From a virus (Duplodnaviria > Caudoviricetes): 43,579 bases of DNA. The notes beneath the pieces were generated by a model. The model ran no database searches, was not told the DNA's origin, and worked only from the letters and a program-made list of their open reading frames with translations. Both the position numbers and the translations under genes were made by a program. Every line of letters starts with the position of its first letter. Position 1 is the first letter of the stretch. This document shows positions 35,007 through 43,579 of the stretch, piece by piece. Where the stretch lies: the IMG/VR virus record IMGVR_UViG_3300044262_000014, positions 1-43,579 of that record, one strand, 5' to 3'.

Positions 35007-35227
35007 TGGCAATGACAGCAGCGGGTATGGTGGCAAAGATCAAGGCGGCGCAGCCCGCGCCGTCGCAAACGAACGACCCGGCTGCAGCAGCGGCCGCAGC
35101 GGATGCCTACCTTCTTGCTTTATGCCAGGGCGTAATCGATGAGATCAAGGCCAATATGATTGTGACTAGCTCCGGCGCAGACCCGCAGGGCGGGTCGGTT
35201 ACATCAACATCGACAGGTATCGTATGA
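35006..35227 (+). CDS. Hypothetical baseplate-module protein
   Basis: 73 aa, coupled on both sides. Confidence 0.6.
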   Translation: MAMTAAGMVAKIKAAQPAPSQTNDPAAAAAAADAYLLALCQGVIDEIKANMIVTSSGADPQGGSVTSTSTGIV

Positions 35228-35589
35228 GCGCAATAAGCCAGTTTTACGGCAACGACATTGATGCATCGAGCAACGGCAGCCTGATGCTGGTTGACGGCAC
35301 GGACATGACCAAGCAGCGGATTTTGCGCAGGCTGATGACCAACCCCGGCGACTATGTGCATCACACAGAATACGGCGCCGGCTTGCCGCGCTGGATCGGA
35401 ATGACGCTGGACGTGCCAAAGATCACGGCGAACATCCGCGGCCAAATGCTGCTCGAGGATGGCGTGGCGAAAACGCCTGAACCGGCCATCAGTGTGGAAG
35501 AGATACCGGACGGGATCAGCTGTTCTATCTCCTACACGGACGCTGATACAGGAACAACCGAATTGCTTTACTTCAATGTGAAAGCCTAA
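35224..35589 (+). CDS. Baseplate wedge protein (gp25/gpW-like)
   Basis: QRILRRLMTNPGDYVHHTEYGAGL motif. Confidence 0.8.
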   Translation: MSAISQFYGNDIDASSNGSLMLVDGTDMTKQRILRRLMTNPGDYVHHTEYGAGLPRWIGMTLDVPKITANIRGQMLLEDGVAKTPEPAISVEEIPDGISCSISYTDADTGTTELLYFNVKA

Positions 35590-35592
35590 TAA

Positions 35593-36723
35593 ATGCCGAA
35601 CCCAACAATCAAGACATTCGAGCAAATCGTAAGCGATACCGTCACGGCCATCCAGGCATCGGCGAACCAGCTTATTGACTTTGCCATAGGCTCGATAATG
35701 CGCGCCATGGCGGAATCCAACACCGTGCTGGTGCTATGGATACAAGGCATCCTGCTCGAGCTGCTGGCGGCAATCCGCGCGGCCACATGCGTCGGCGCCG
35801 ATCTTGATAGCTGGTGCGAAGATTATGGCTTCTATCGATTCCCGGCCGAGGCCGCCAGCGGGCTAGTCACATTCGCGCGCTTCACCTCAACTCAAGCCGC
35901 ATTCATCCCTGTAGGCACGCAAGTGCAGACATATGACGCAACCTCCCAGTTATTTGAGGTCGTGGCCGATACCGGGAATGCTGCATACGATGCAACGCTT
36001 GGCGGGTACACGATCAACGCAGGCGTAGGCTCCCTGCAAGTTCCAGTTTCAGCATTGGCCGCCGGGGCGGCTGGCAATATACTGGCCGGGCAGCTCAATA
36101 TCCTCAAGGATTCCGTGCCTGGCGTTGATACTGTCACAAACGCCAACGCATTCACAAACGGGGCCGACGCAGAGGATGATGATTCATTCCGCGCGCGCTT
36201 CGTGCTCTACATCACCACACTGTCGAAGGCTACAAAAAGCGCCATTGGCAGCGCCATCCTCGCAGTGCAGCAGGGCATCACCTACACGCTGACCGAAAAC
36301 GAGAGTTATGCCGGTACCGCCCAGCTGGGCTATTTCTACGTTGTCGTGGATGACGGCACTGGCACGCCGACTGGTGGGTTTTTGGCAGCTATCAACAACG
36401 CGGTTGATGCGGTGCGGCCCTTTACCTCAACCTTCGGGGTTTATGCGCCCGTCGTCGTGTCTGCAAATATAGCCATGACCATCACCACCGACCCGAATTA
36501 TGTGCACGGCGATGTTGTGGCCGAGGTTGAGACGGCGCTGAATGCCTATATCAGCGGGTTGGCGCTGGGCGCTGATTTGCCTTACTCGCGGCTGGCGCAG
36601 ATTGCCTACGACAGCTCGGACGGCGTGACTAATGTCACTGGCGTAACGCTGAACGCAGGCACCGCAGACCTTGCGGCAACCAATAAGCAGGTAATCAAAC
36701 CCGGCACTATTTCGGTGACTTAA
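35593..36723 (+). CDS. Baseplate J/gp47 family protein
   Basis: GADLD, GAAGNI and NGADAEDDDSFRAR motifs. Confidence 0.92.
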   Translation: MPNPTIKTFEQIVSDTVTAIQASANQLIDFAIGSIMRAMAESNTVLVLWIQGILLELLAAIRAATCVGADLDSWCEDYGFYRFPAEAASGLVTFARFTSTQAAFIPVGTQVQTYDATSQLFEVVADTGNAAYDATLGGYTINAGVGSLQVPVSALAAGAAGNILAGQLNILKDSVPGVDTVTNANAFTNGADAEDDDSFRARFVLYITTLSKATKSAIGSAILAVQQGITYTLTENESYAGTAQLGYFYVVVDDGTGTPTGGFLAAINNAVDAVRPFTSTFGVYAPVVVSANIAMTITTDPNYVHGDVVAEVETALNAYISGLALGADLPYSRLAQIAYDSSDGVTNVTGVTLNAGTADLAATNKQVIKPGTISVT

Positions 36724-36725
36724 CT

Positions 36726-37394
36726 ATGGCGACAGGCGATATTGAAGATATCAAGCGGCGGATCAAGGCCGATCTACCGCCGTGGTTTGGCAGTGGCGAC
36801 ACGCCGATACTGGATGCGCTGATTGCCGGGCTGGCTACAGTATGGGCAGACGCTTATGGTCTATACGAGTACGTTGCCATGCATGCGCGCATTCGCACAT
36901 CGACAGGCGGCTACCTTGATATCATCAGCGCCGACTTCTTTGGCACTTCACTGCCGCGCAATAGCGATGAATCAGACTCAGCATTCCGGACGCGCATCCT
37001 CGCCGCGCTGTTCCGTGAGAAAGCGACGCGAGCGGCGATATACCGCACGCTGCTGGACTTGACGGGCCGCGGCCCGCGCATTGTTGAGCACATGCGCCCG
37101 GCGGATACGGGTGGTTACGGCATCGGAGGGGTCGGCTACGGTGTAGGAGGTGGCTGGGGGTCTGTGGTTGTCGGCCCGTATCAGGCTTTTGTCACCGCAT
37201 ACCGCCCGGCTGGCAGCGGCATCCCGCTGGTTTCTGGCTATGGCGTGCCGGCAGGCGCGTACAGCACCCCGTCGCGGGCTGCTTATGCGTCAATCGATGA
37301 CATGCAACAGAACGTTGCTGATGCGCAGATTTACAAGGCGATTGACGAGGCAAAGCCGGCGGGTACAATCGTGTGGACGCAAATAAGCAATTAG
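36726..37394 (+). CDS. Baseplate wedge protein (gpI-like)
   Basis: GYLDIISADFFG..R..ESDSAFRTRI and KPAGT motifs. Confidence 0.75.
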   Translation: MATGDIEDIKRRIKADLPPWFGSGDTPILDALIAGLATVWADAYGLYEYVAMHARIRTSTGGYLDIISADFFGTSLPRNSDESDSAFRTRILAALFREKATRAAIYRTLLDLTGRGPRIVEHMRPADTGGYGIGGVGYGVGGGWGSVVVGPYQAFVTAYRPAGSGIPLVSGYGVPAGAYSTPSRAAYASIDDMQQNVADAQIYKAIDEAKPAGTIVWTQISN

Positions 37395-37413
37395 CATATT
37401 TTCATTCGGCAAC

Positions 37414-37438
37414 AAGGCCGCCGCGTGCGGCCTTTTTT
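37414..37438 (+). terminator. Hairpin with T-run before the tail fibre gene
   Basis: AAGGCCGC-CGCGT-GCGGCCTT followed by T-run, then RBS GGAGG. Confidence 0.55.
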
Positions 37439-37451
37439 ATTGGAGGCGAGC

Positions 37452-39230
37452 TTGAACAGACAGAAGGTATATCCCGGCCAGATTCCGCTTGAAACGGACA
37501 TTCTAAACACCAACAAGAACACAATGATCGGGCTTGCCAAGCTCGCCGCCGCTGTTCTCGGCACCACTTCGTTTGCAAACGGACTAGCCTGCACGCCCAA
37601 TATCCCGGCAGATTTGACCGTACTGGTTGCGCCCGGCGAGGTTTACAGCCTGCAGAACATCGACGACACCGATTATTCATCGCTGGCTGCCGATACAGCG
37701 CATCAAATCCTCAAGCAGGGTGTGCTGCTGGACCAGGTGCAATTGTCTTGCCCCGCGCCAGGCACCGCAGGCTTCTCCATCAACTACCTCGTGCAGGCCG
37801 CATTTGCTGAGACAGACGGCAGCAACGTAGTGCTGCCATATTACAACGCCAGCAATCCGTCTCAGGCATGGTCCGGGATGAACAACGACGGCGTTCCGCA
37901 ATCCACTGTTCGGCAAGACCTGTGCAACGTCACCGTGAAGGCTGGCACTGCTGCCGCTACCGGCACACAGACAACCCCTTCCCCGGATGCCGGTAATGTC
38001 GGCCTAATGGTCGTCACCGTAGCAAACGGCCAGACCACCATCACCGCTGGCAATATCAGCCAGTACGCGGGCGCGCCGTTCATCCCTAAAGGTGGCGCGA
38101 TAAGTAACGCGCGAAACGCGAAGCTAACCAAGAGCGTGGCGGGGAACAGCGACGTCACTCTGGACGCTTCAGAGGCTGCATACCCGATGATCTTATTGAC
38201 TGGCGCGCTGACAGGGAATATTAACCTGATCGTGCCGGCAGAGCATCGGCGCTGGCAGATCATTAATAACACAAGCGGAAACTACACTGTCACCGTCAAG
38301 ACCCCTAGCGGCACGGGAGTGGTGCTCTCCGGGAGTGGCGCGTCAAGTGAAATTTACTGCGGCGGCGCGAACGTGGTCTTTACTGGTGTGGCCGGCGCAA
38401 CCGGTGCGCAGTTCGATAACGGCTTGCGATTCGCAACAACTGCTTTTGTTAAGCAGGCGCAGGGCAATCTGAGCGGGGTCTCTTCCAGTAACGCAAGCAC
38501 CACGCTGACGCTTGCGCAAATCGGCAACTTGTTTGCGTTTTACGGATCGACCGCCGCGCAAATTATAACGCTGCCTGACGCTGCTACTGTTCCTGCCGGC
38601 TACGGCTACGACATCGTTAACCAAGCATCCGTGTCTGTGACGATCAAAGGCAACGGTGCGCAAAACATTAACGCGAACACGCTTGCCGGAGTATCTGCGG
38701 CAAATACGCTTGTTCTTGGCCCTGGCGATTCGATTTATGTGACCAGCAACGGGGTGAGCGTGTGGAACTCGTTTGGCATAACCGCGTCTTCTCTTGCAGC
38801 GGGAGGGGTGCGCCCGTTTAGTGTTTATTTGGGAACTGCAAACCAATCAGCGCCAACGGGTACGCAGACAAAGGTTGCATTCAATGCGGAAGAGTTTGAT
38901 CCCAATTCTAATTTTGATTCAACTACGAACAGGCGATTCACCCCTACTGTTGCCGGGTATTATCAAATCAATTGGGCGGTAAACATAAATGCCTCTAGTA
39001 CACTCACAACAGCGACGTCCTCACTTTATAAAAATGGGACGTCATACAAACAAGGTGCTGCTTATGTTGGTCCAGCGATCTCAACTTTCGCAAGTGCAGG
39101 GTCCGCTGTTGTTTATATGAATGGCTCAACTGATTATCTTGAAATATTTGGATATACTGTAGGCACTAGTCCTGTATTTACCTTTGGGGCTAATGCTACT
39201 TACATGACCGGTTGCTTATTAGGATCATAA
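37452..39230 (+). CDS. Tail fibre / receptor-binding protein with C1q-like C-terminal domain
   Basis: TTG start after GGAGG; N-terminal YPGQIPLETD anchor; ATTAFV; C-terminal FD..SNFD....RFTPTVAGYYQIN..NGSTDYLE. Confidence 0.85.
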   Translation: MNRQKVYPGQIPLETDILNTNKNTMIGLAKLAAAVLGTTSFANGLACTPNIPADLTVLVAPGEVYSLQNIDDTDYSSLAADTAHQILKQGVLLDQVQLSCPAPGTAGFSINYLVQAAFAETDGSNVVLPYYNASNPSQAWSGMNNDGVPQSTVRQDLCNVTVKAGTAAATGTQTTPSPDAGNVGLMVVTVANGQTTITAGNISQYAGAPFIPKGGAISNARNAKLTKSVAGNSDVTLDASEAAYPMILLTGALTGNINLIVPAEHRRWQIINNTSGNYTVTVKTPSGTGVVLSGSGASSEIYCGGANVVFTGVAGATGAQFDNGLRFATTAFVKQAQGNLSGVSSSNASTTLTLAQIGNLFAFYGSTAAQIITLPDAATVPAGYGYDIVNQASVSVTIKGNGAQNINANTLAGVSAANTLVLGPGDSIYVTSNGVSVWNSFGITASSLAAGGVRPFSVYLGTANQSAPTGTQTKVAFNAEEFDPNSNFDSTTNRRFTPTVAGYYQINWAVNINASSTLTTATSSLYKNGTSYKQGAAYVGPAISTFASAGSAVVYMNGSTDYLEIFGYTVGTSPVFTFGANATYMTGCLLGS

Positions 39231-39265
39231 CCCTTCAAATAACACAGCCAGATAGGCAGAAAGGC

Positions 39266-39640
39266 ATGGACGTGCAAATCGAGTTAACTTTTATGGAGGC
39301 AATTTCCCTCGTTGTCCTGCTGATCGGTGCGGCCTGGGCGCTGCTCAAGATGAACGCCGTACAGTTCAATAAAGGACTAGATGCGCGCTTTCACACGCAG
39401 GACGAGAAGCTGAAGCACATCGACTTGCTGATGATGGACATGAAGCGCATCGAGCTGGATACAGCGCGGCGAGAGGTCGAGTACATCGGGAAATTCTGCA
39501 CGAAGGACGAGCTACGGGAATTGGGCGGCCGTTCTGAGCGTGTGTCAAACGAAATATTCTCGCTGCTCCGCCGGATCGAGGACAAACTCGACAACAAGGT
39601 GAGCAAGGACGAGTGCTCGACATGCAGGGGCGGGCAATGA
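39266..39640 (+). CDS. Single-TM lysis-module protein (holin/antiholin-like)
   Basis: N-terminal TM plus coiled coil ending RIEDKLD; precedes the endolysin. Confidence 0.55.
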   Translation: MDVQIELTFMEAISLVVLLIGAAWALLKMNAVQFNKGLDARFHTQDEKLKHIDLLMMDMKRIELDTARREVEYIGKFCTKDELRELGGRSERVSNEIFSLLRRIEDKLDNKVSKDECSTCRGGQ

Positions 39641-40122
39641 GCGGGCCAGCATGGCTGGAGGAAGCCAGCAAGCATATCGGCACGCGCGAAATCCCTGGCC
39701 CTAAGCACGAATCAAAAATAATCGGGTGGTTCAAGGCTATTCATGCCGCGTGGTTCGTGGCAGATGAAGTGCCGTGGTGTGCCGCCTTCGTCGGTGGCTG
39801 CCTTGAGGCTGTTGGCATCCGCAGCTCGCGCAGTGCTGCTGCAAAGTCCTATCTGACATGGGGCGTGCCGCTTTCCGCGCCAGTAGTCGGCTGCATCGTC
39901 GTGTTTCTGCGCGAGGGCGGCGGGCATGTCGGCTTCGTTGTCGGCAAGGATGCAAAGGGCAGGCTCATGGTGCTGGGCGGCAACCAAGGAGATGCCGTAA
40001 CGATCGCGCCGTTTGAACGCGCCCGCGCGGTTGGCTTCCGCTGGCCTGCGGCGGTTCCGCTGGGGATTGATTCGCTGCCGACCGTTATCAGCGAAGCTGC
40101 CAGCTCAACAAACGAGGCGTAA
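39637..40122 (+). CDS. Endolysin, TIGR02594 (NlpC/P60-CHAP-like) family
   Basis: DEVPWCAAFV, GGGHVGFV and VLGGNQGD motifs. Confidence 0.88.
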   Translation: MSGPAWLEEASKHIGTREIPGPKHESKIIGWFKAIHAAWFVADEVPWCAAFVGGCLEAVGIRSSRSAAAKSYLTWGVPLSAPVVGCIVVFLREGGGHVGFVVGKDAKGRLMVLGGNQGDAVTIAPFERARAVGFRWPAAVPLGIDSLPTVISEAASSTNEA

Positions 40123-40124
40123 TC

Positions 40125-40370
40125 ATGGGCAACTTATCGAAACAATTCTGGGACTGGATAGACGGCCGGGCGATCATTCGCCGCGCCGTGCTGTTCGTCG
40201 TTCTGTGGATGACATGGCGCGTCACAGTCTGGTCGTTTGAGTTCGCGCAGGCGGCTATGGTCGCCGGGCGCGGCATGGAGGTCGCTGCGATGCTGGCCGC
40301 TGTAACCATGCCATTCGCGGCCCTGCAGGCATTCGTGTTTAAGTGGTACTCCGACTCGAGGATTGAATAA
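40125..40370 (+). CDS. Putative holin (2 TM)
   Basis: 81 aa with two hydrophobic segments, between endolysin and spanin. Confidence 0.65.
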   Translation: MGNLSKQFWDWIDGRAIIRRAVLFVVLWMTWRVTVWSFEFAQAAMVAGRGMEVAAMLAAVTMPFAALQAFVFKWYSDSRIE

Positions 40371-40873
40371 TGAACCCTTACGCCATCATCGCCGCGCTGC
40401 TGGTGTGGTTCGCCTCGCTGGCTGGCATCGGCTACTGGCAAAACACCGCCGGGCGCACTGCCGAGCGCGTAGCCTGGCAGGAGCGCGAGAACACGCAGCT
40501 TGCCGAGGCAAACGCCAAGATCATTGAGCTGAACCTGAAAGCCCGCACAGAAGAGCGCGAGCACGCGGACAGGCTGGCAGCCGTTTCAATCAAGTACCAG
40601 GAGGACATTCGCAATGAGAAACGCAAAGCCGCTGTTGTTATTGCTGATCTGCGCGCTGGCATTATCCGGCTGCGTGACCCGGCCGCCGTGCAAGCCCGTG
40701 GAAGTGGAACCGGCGAAACTTCCGCCACCTCAGGTCGACGTGATGGTCACGCGGGAGGCGAACTTTCTCCAGAACTTGCTGAATTTCTTGTCGCGGAAGC
40801 CAGCCGAGCCGACGAAGTAGCGCGCCAGCTTGACGCCTGCCAGGCCGTAGTAAGGGCTGATCGCGGGGAGTAA
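40370..40873 (+). CDS. i-spanin (Rz-like)
   Basis: N-terminal TM, coiled coil, ADLRAG..RLR and QLDACQ motifs. Confidence 0.88.
   Translation: MNPYAIIAALLVWFASLAGIGYWQNTAGRTAERVAWQERENTQLAEANAKIIELNLKARTEEREHADRLAAVSIKYQEDIRNEKRKAAVVIADLRAGIIRLRDPAAVQARGSGTGETSATSGRRDGHAGGELSPELAEFLVAEASRADEVARQLDACQAVVRADRGE
40614..40820 (+). CDS. o-spanin (Rz1-like lipoprotein) embedded in Rz
   Basis: Lipobox LSGC after a hydrophobic stretch; Pro-rich; +1 frame inside Rz. Confidence 0.85.
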   Translation: MRNAKPLLLLLICALALSGCVTRPPCKPVEVEPAKLPPPQVDVMVTREANFLQNLLNFLSRKPAEPTK

Positions 40874-41147
40874 CCTGCTTCTTCCCGCCGACGATCTGCT
40901 TAACCCAGCACCCCATCAGGGAATCATCCCCGACAGCCACCATCCCGCCGTTCGCCATGTGCGCGACCGCCGCAGCCAAACTTTCCCGCTCTTCCCGCAT
41001 CTGGTAATCACCCCGCAGCGTGGCGACGATCACCACAGCCGCCGCTACATACACCAGCCAGACCAGTGGCAGCGCACGGCGTTCCATTTCTTCCATGCGT
41101 GCGTTCTCTACCTGTTTTTGGGTGATGCGTTTTGCGTGGCAAATCAT
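40662..41147 (-). CDS. Hypothetical single-TM protein, last gene of the leftward operon
   Basis: RBS GGAG; TM LPLVWLVYVAAAVVIVATL; 3' ~210 nt overlap the spanins antisense. Confidence 0.45.
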   Translation of the reverse strand: MICHAKRITQKQVENARMEEMERRALPLVWLVYVAAAVVIVATLRGDYQMREERESLAAAVAHMANGGMVAVGDDSLMGCWVKQIVGGKKQVTPRDQPLLRPGRRQAGALLRRLGWLPRQEIQQVLEKVRLPRDHHVDLRWRKFRRFHFHGLARRPGHAAG

Positions 41148-41152
41148 TCCTG

Positions 41153-42964
41153 CTACTCCCCCTCTTTATTGTTGATCACCAAAACTGCAACATTCACCAT
41201 CGTGCCGCTGGCGGCAAACGAGCCGGGCGGCAAATCCTCCCAATAGTCCACAAGCGGCTTGATGGCGGCTTGCTGGCGCGGGCCGTTTGCGCACAAGGCA
41301 ACCAGCTTCCCGCCGGGCTTGAGCATCGTCATGGCATGCTGGATGTGCTTTATATCCGCGCCATTCTCGAAAGGCGGATTCATCACGATGCGGTCAACCG
41401 GCCAATTCCCCCGGCTGTACTCGAGGAAATCCATGCAGTGCACAACAGTCAGCGGGTATTCTGCGCTCAAGCGCTGCGCCAGCTGCTGGTTGATCTCCAC
41501 AGCGGTTACGCCTGCGGCCTTGTCGTCGGCCATGATGGACTGCAGTAAGTTGCCAGTGCCAGCGCTGGGCTCAAGCACCAGCATGCCGCGCTCGATCTCT
41601 GCCAGCTCAACCATGTACTCGGCAATCGCCGCGGGCGTTGGGAAAAGCTGCGGGGCGCTCACAACCTGCACGCCAGCCTTCAGCTGCTGGCGCATGGCGG
41701 AGAATTCCTGCTCATCTGCTGACTTCACCGGCGGCACATATTCCATGCGCGGTCCAGGTGCTGGCATCGGCTCGCGCTCTACCGCTGCGGGCGGTTCGTG
41801 CGTCTTGCTGTCCGACAGGAACACCGTATACAGCTTGGCGTGGCGATCGCCGTCGCGGCGGATCATCGCCACCTTGACGCGGTGCGAATTGCCGACCACC
41901 CGGGTGCCGCGATAGTCGCTGTGCAGGGCTGAGTATTCGGCCTTGGTCATCACGACCATGGGGTAGCGGTTAAACTCACCGCGCCGCCATGGGTTTTCGA
42001 TCTCCAGCCCGTCCGCCGCCATGTAGTTGCAGATCGGCAGTTGCTTGGGGCGCTCCTTCTTCGCCAGCAGGTGGCTCGCGCCTTGCTCATCCAGCATGGC
42101 CTGCTCGTATGCCAGCCGGTTGTTGTAGTGCTCAATCCAGCGGTCTTGCCATGCAATCGTGCGCGGGTAAACCTTGATGGCATGTGCGACAACCTCGTCA
42201 GCGGTTCGCGGTGCGTATAGGGACGGGTAAGCGTTTGTGAGTACGCTGTGCGCTGTTGGCCGCTGGTCAAAGTCTGGGCGATCACCTTCCTTGCGCGGCA
42301 TGTGCAGCCAGCAGAATCCAGCAATCTCGACGGCGCGCTGGTGCTGTTGGTCACCCGCAAGCTGGCCGCATTCAGTCCACAGCTTGAGCCATTTCGCGGC
42401 CTCGTCCTTATCCCGCTGCGCTTTACGTTTGTCGGCCTCGATGGTCTTGATGCGCCTGGCACGGACGGTTGGCAGCTCCTTGTATTTGGCATGCGCCAGC
42501 GCACCGGCTGCCCGGCTTGTCCAGTATTCGGATGTCTCCCACAGCTTGAGCGCCTTGCGCATGCCGTTCTCGATCTTCTCGGCATCCTTCTCTGCTTTGC
42601 GCTGGCTGTGGTGGCCGATCAGAATAGGCTGCCCCAGCTCGATGCCGCCGGAAATCTCAGCCACGGCCTCGCGGGCGCTGCGGGCTTCGCTGGCCCGCTT
42701 GTCGCTGTATTCGTCAAACCGCTCGGCGCGTTCCTCGGCGCGCTCGACAAGGCTGGTGTCCTCGTCCTCCAGGTCGCCGCACAGCTCCTCGGCGAGATCG
42801 GCGCGCTGGGGTGTCCACATGGGCGCAACGAACAGCTTTTGTTTCGGCGCCCATTTGAACCCGGCGGCATTCACTCGCGCGTAGATGTCCGCGGGCAGCC
42901 GATCGGTCGGGTAGATGCGGATTTTGTTGTCGTCAGGCGAATAGGTGGCGCGTCCGATGCTCAT
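41153..42964 (-). CDS. DUF3560 domain protein fused to a C-terminal DNA amino-methyltransferase
   Basis: ATYSPDDNKIRIY and GQPILIGHHSQR (DUF3560-like); QLFPTP, VLEPSAGTG and VMNPPF MTase motifs. Confidence 0.88.
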   Translation of the reverse strand: MSIGRATYSPDDNKIRIYPTDRLPADIYARVNAAGFKWAPKQKLFVAPMWTPQRADLAEELCGDLEDEDTSLVERAEERAERFDEYSDKRASEARSAREAVAEISGGIELGQPILIGHHSQRKAEKDAEKIENGMRKALKLWETSEYWTSRAAGALAHAKYKELPTVRARRIKTIEADKRKAQRDKDEAAKWLKLWTECGQLAGDQQHQRAVEIAGFCWLHMPRKEGDRPDFDQRPTAHSVLTNAYPSLYAPRTADEVVAHAIKVYPRTIAWQDRWIEHYNNRLAYEQAMLDEQGASHLLAKKERPKQLPICNYMAADGLEIENPWRRGEFNRYPMVVMTKAEYSALHSDYRGTRVVGNSHRVKVAMIRRDGDRHAKLYTVFLSDSKTHEPPAAVEREPMPAPGPRMEYVPPVKSADEQEFSAMRQQLKAGVQVVSAPQLFPTPAAIAEYMVELAEIERGMLVLEPSAGTGNLLQSIMADDKAAGVTAVEINQQLAQRLSAEYPLTVVHCMDFLEYSRGNWPVDRIVMNPPFENGADIKHIQHAMTMLKPGGKLVALCANGPRQQAAIKPLVDYWEDLPPGSFAASGTMVNVAVLVINNKEGE

Positions 42965-43188
42965 GCTGCACTGCCTTTCTTGTTTGTGTTTTCCATATAC
43001 GGCGCTGGAGTCAGCGCGTCCGCCTCGAATTCTTCCTCATCCTTAAATTCTTTCTTGTCCTCAAATTCCTCTTCATCGCAGGTGCGTATCACGCATTCCC
43101 CACGCAGTAGCCGGTAAATCATCCAGACCAACGCGCAGATCACGGCAATTGCGAAGATCAACTTAAAGTGCAGCCACAAGCTCGTCAT
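42961..43188 (-). CDS. Hypothetical single-TM protein with acidic tail
   Basis: RBS GGAG; ATGA-coupled; TM then EEEFED repeats. Confidence 0.65.
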   Translation of the reverse strand: MTSLWLHFKLIFAIAVICALVWMIYRLLRGECVIRTCDEEEFEDKKEFKDEEEFEADALTPAPYMENTNKKGSAA

Positions 43189-43254
43189 ATCAATTCTCTC
43201 CCTTTTCGTTGTAAACCATCAAATCTAGGCCATGGCTCAGCTTGGCCTGGTTGT

Positions 43255-43579
43255 TCATGCACCGCTCCCTTGGCTAATCAGCAGCTGAAACCCGATAAAG
43301 CCATAGTTCACGCCACTGATCGTTGGCGTAGCAAACACGTTCAGGCTGACCTGCTTGAATTCAACAACAGCCTGTAGCCCGGCGGCAGGCAATACGTCTG
43401 CAAGTGGATATCCTGTTACCAATCCAACGAAGTAGCCATATTTCAATTTGTCGCCATTCAGGTAGCTTTTAAGTGCATAAGCAGAATTGCGGCCAATGCT
43501 GTTGTTATAGTACCCGACGCTCCAGTCTCCATATCGAATTCCAAGCCCATGGTTGCGCTCGTTGAAGTTTTGGCTGCGG
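43255..43579 (-). CDS. 3' part of the junction-spanning putative outer-membrane beta-barrel protein
   Basis: Open frame RSQNFNERNHGLGIRYGDWSVGYYNNSIGRNSAY...GYFVGLVTGY...FIGFQL with alternating amphipathic strands. Confidence 0.7.
   Translation of the reverse strand, partial: RSQNFNERNHGLGIRYGDWSVGYYNNSIGRNSAYALKSYLNGDKLKYGYFVGLVTGYPLADVLPAAGLQAVVEFKQVSLNVFATPTISGVNYGFIGFQLLISQGSGA

Noticed and set aside
37452-39230. Diversity-generating retroelement or invertible tail-fibre system
   Set aside because: No reverse transcriptase, template repeat, invertase or duplicated fibre tip seen.
17574-40873. Genome-wide amber (TAG) recoding
   Set aside because: Only one gene is interrupted. TAG serves as a normal stop for terL, portal and others, and the structural genes are intact under the standard code.
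43190-43258. 22-codon mini-ORF MNNQAKLSHGLDLMVYNEKGEN
   Set aside because: It may be a coupling spacer, but it is too short and featureless to support as a gene.

Overview
The window looks like an essentially complete, circularly permuted ~43.6 kb temperate phage genome with a contractile tail. An ORF reads in frame across the end/start junction, and an intact attP is present. The host is probably a Betaproteobacterium, inferred from the tRNA-Leu-type attP core and the SSB sequence. Layout: (1) a leftward accessory operon across the junction (722 to 1, then 43579 to 40662) with a signal-peptide beta-barrel-like protein and a DUF3560-methyltransferase fusion; (2) a tyrosine integrase and attP (885-2050); (3) a hypervariable run of small genes separated by degenerate integron attC-like elements (2060-3910); (4) xis, ssb, DUF5131, MazG-like, KTSC and YqaJ/RecT genes; (5) a cI/cro switch, replication, nin-like genes and MTases; (6) a late region with a degenerate tRNA-Met(CAT)-like gene, an amber-interrupted ParB-MTase, and head, tail and lysis genes. 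The most notable signals are the attC-like cassette array, a two-state RNA leader with a 13-codon ORF coupled to the replication initiator, the split MTase, and a signal-peptide protein inside the head module. All calls come from manual motif recognition; no database searches were run.
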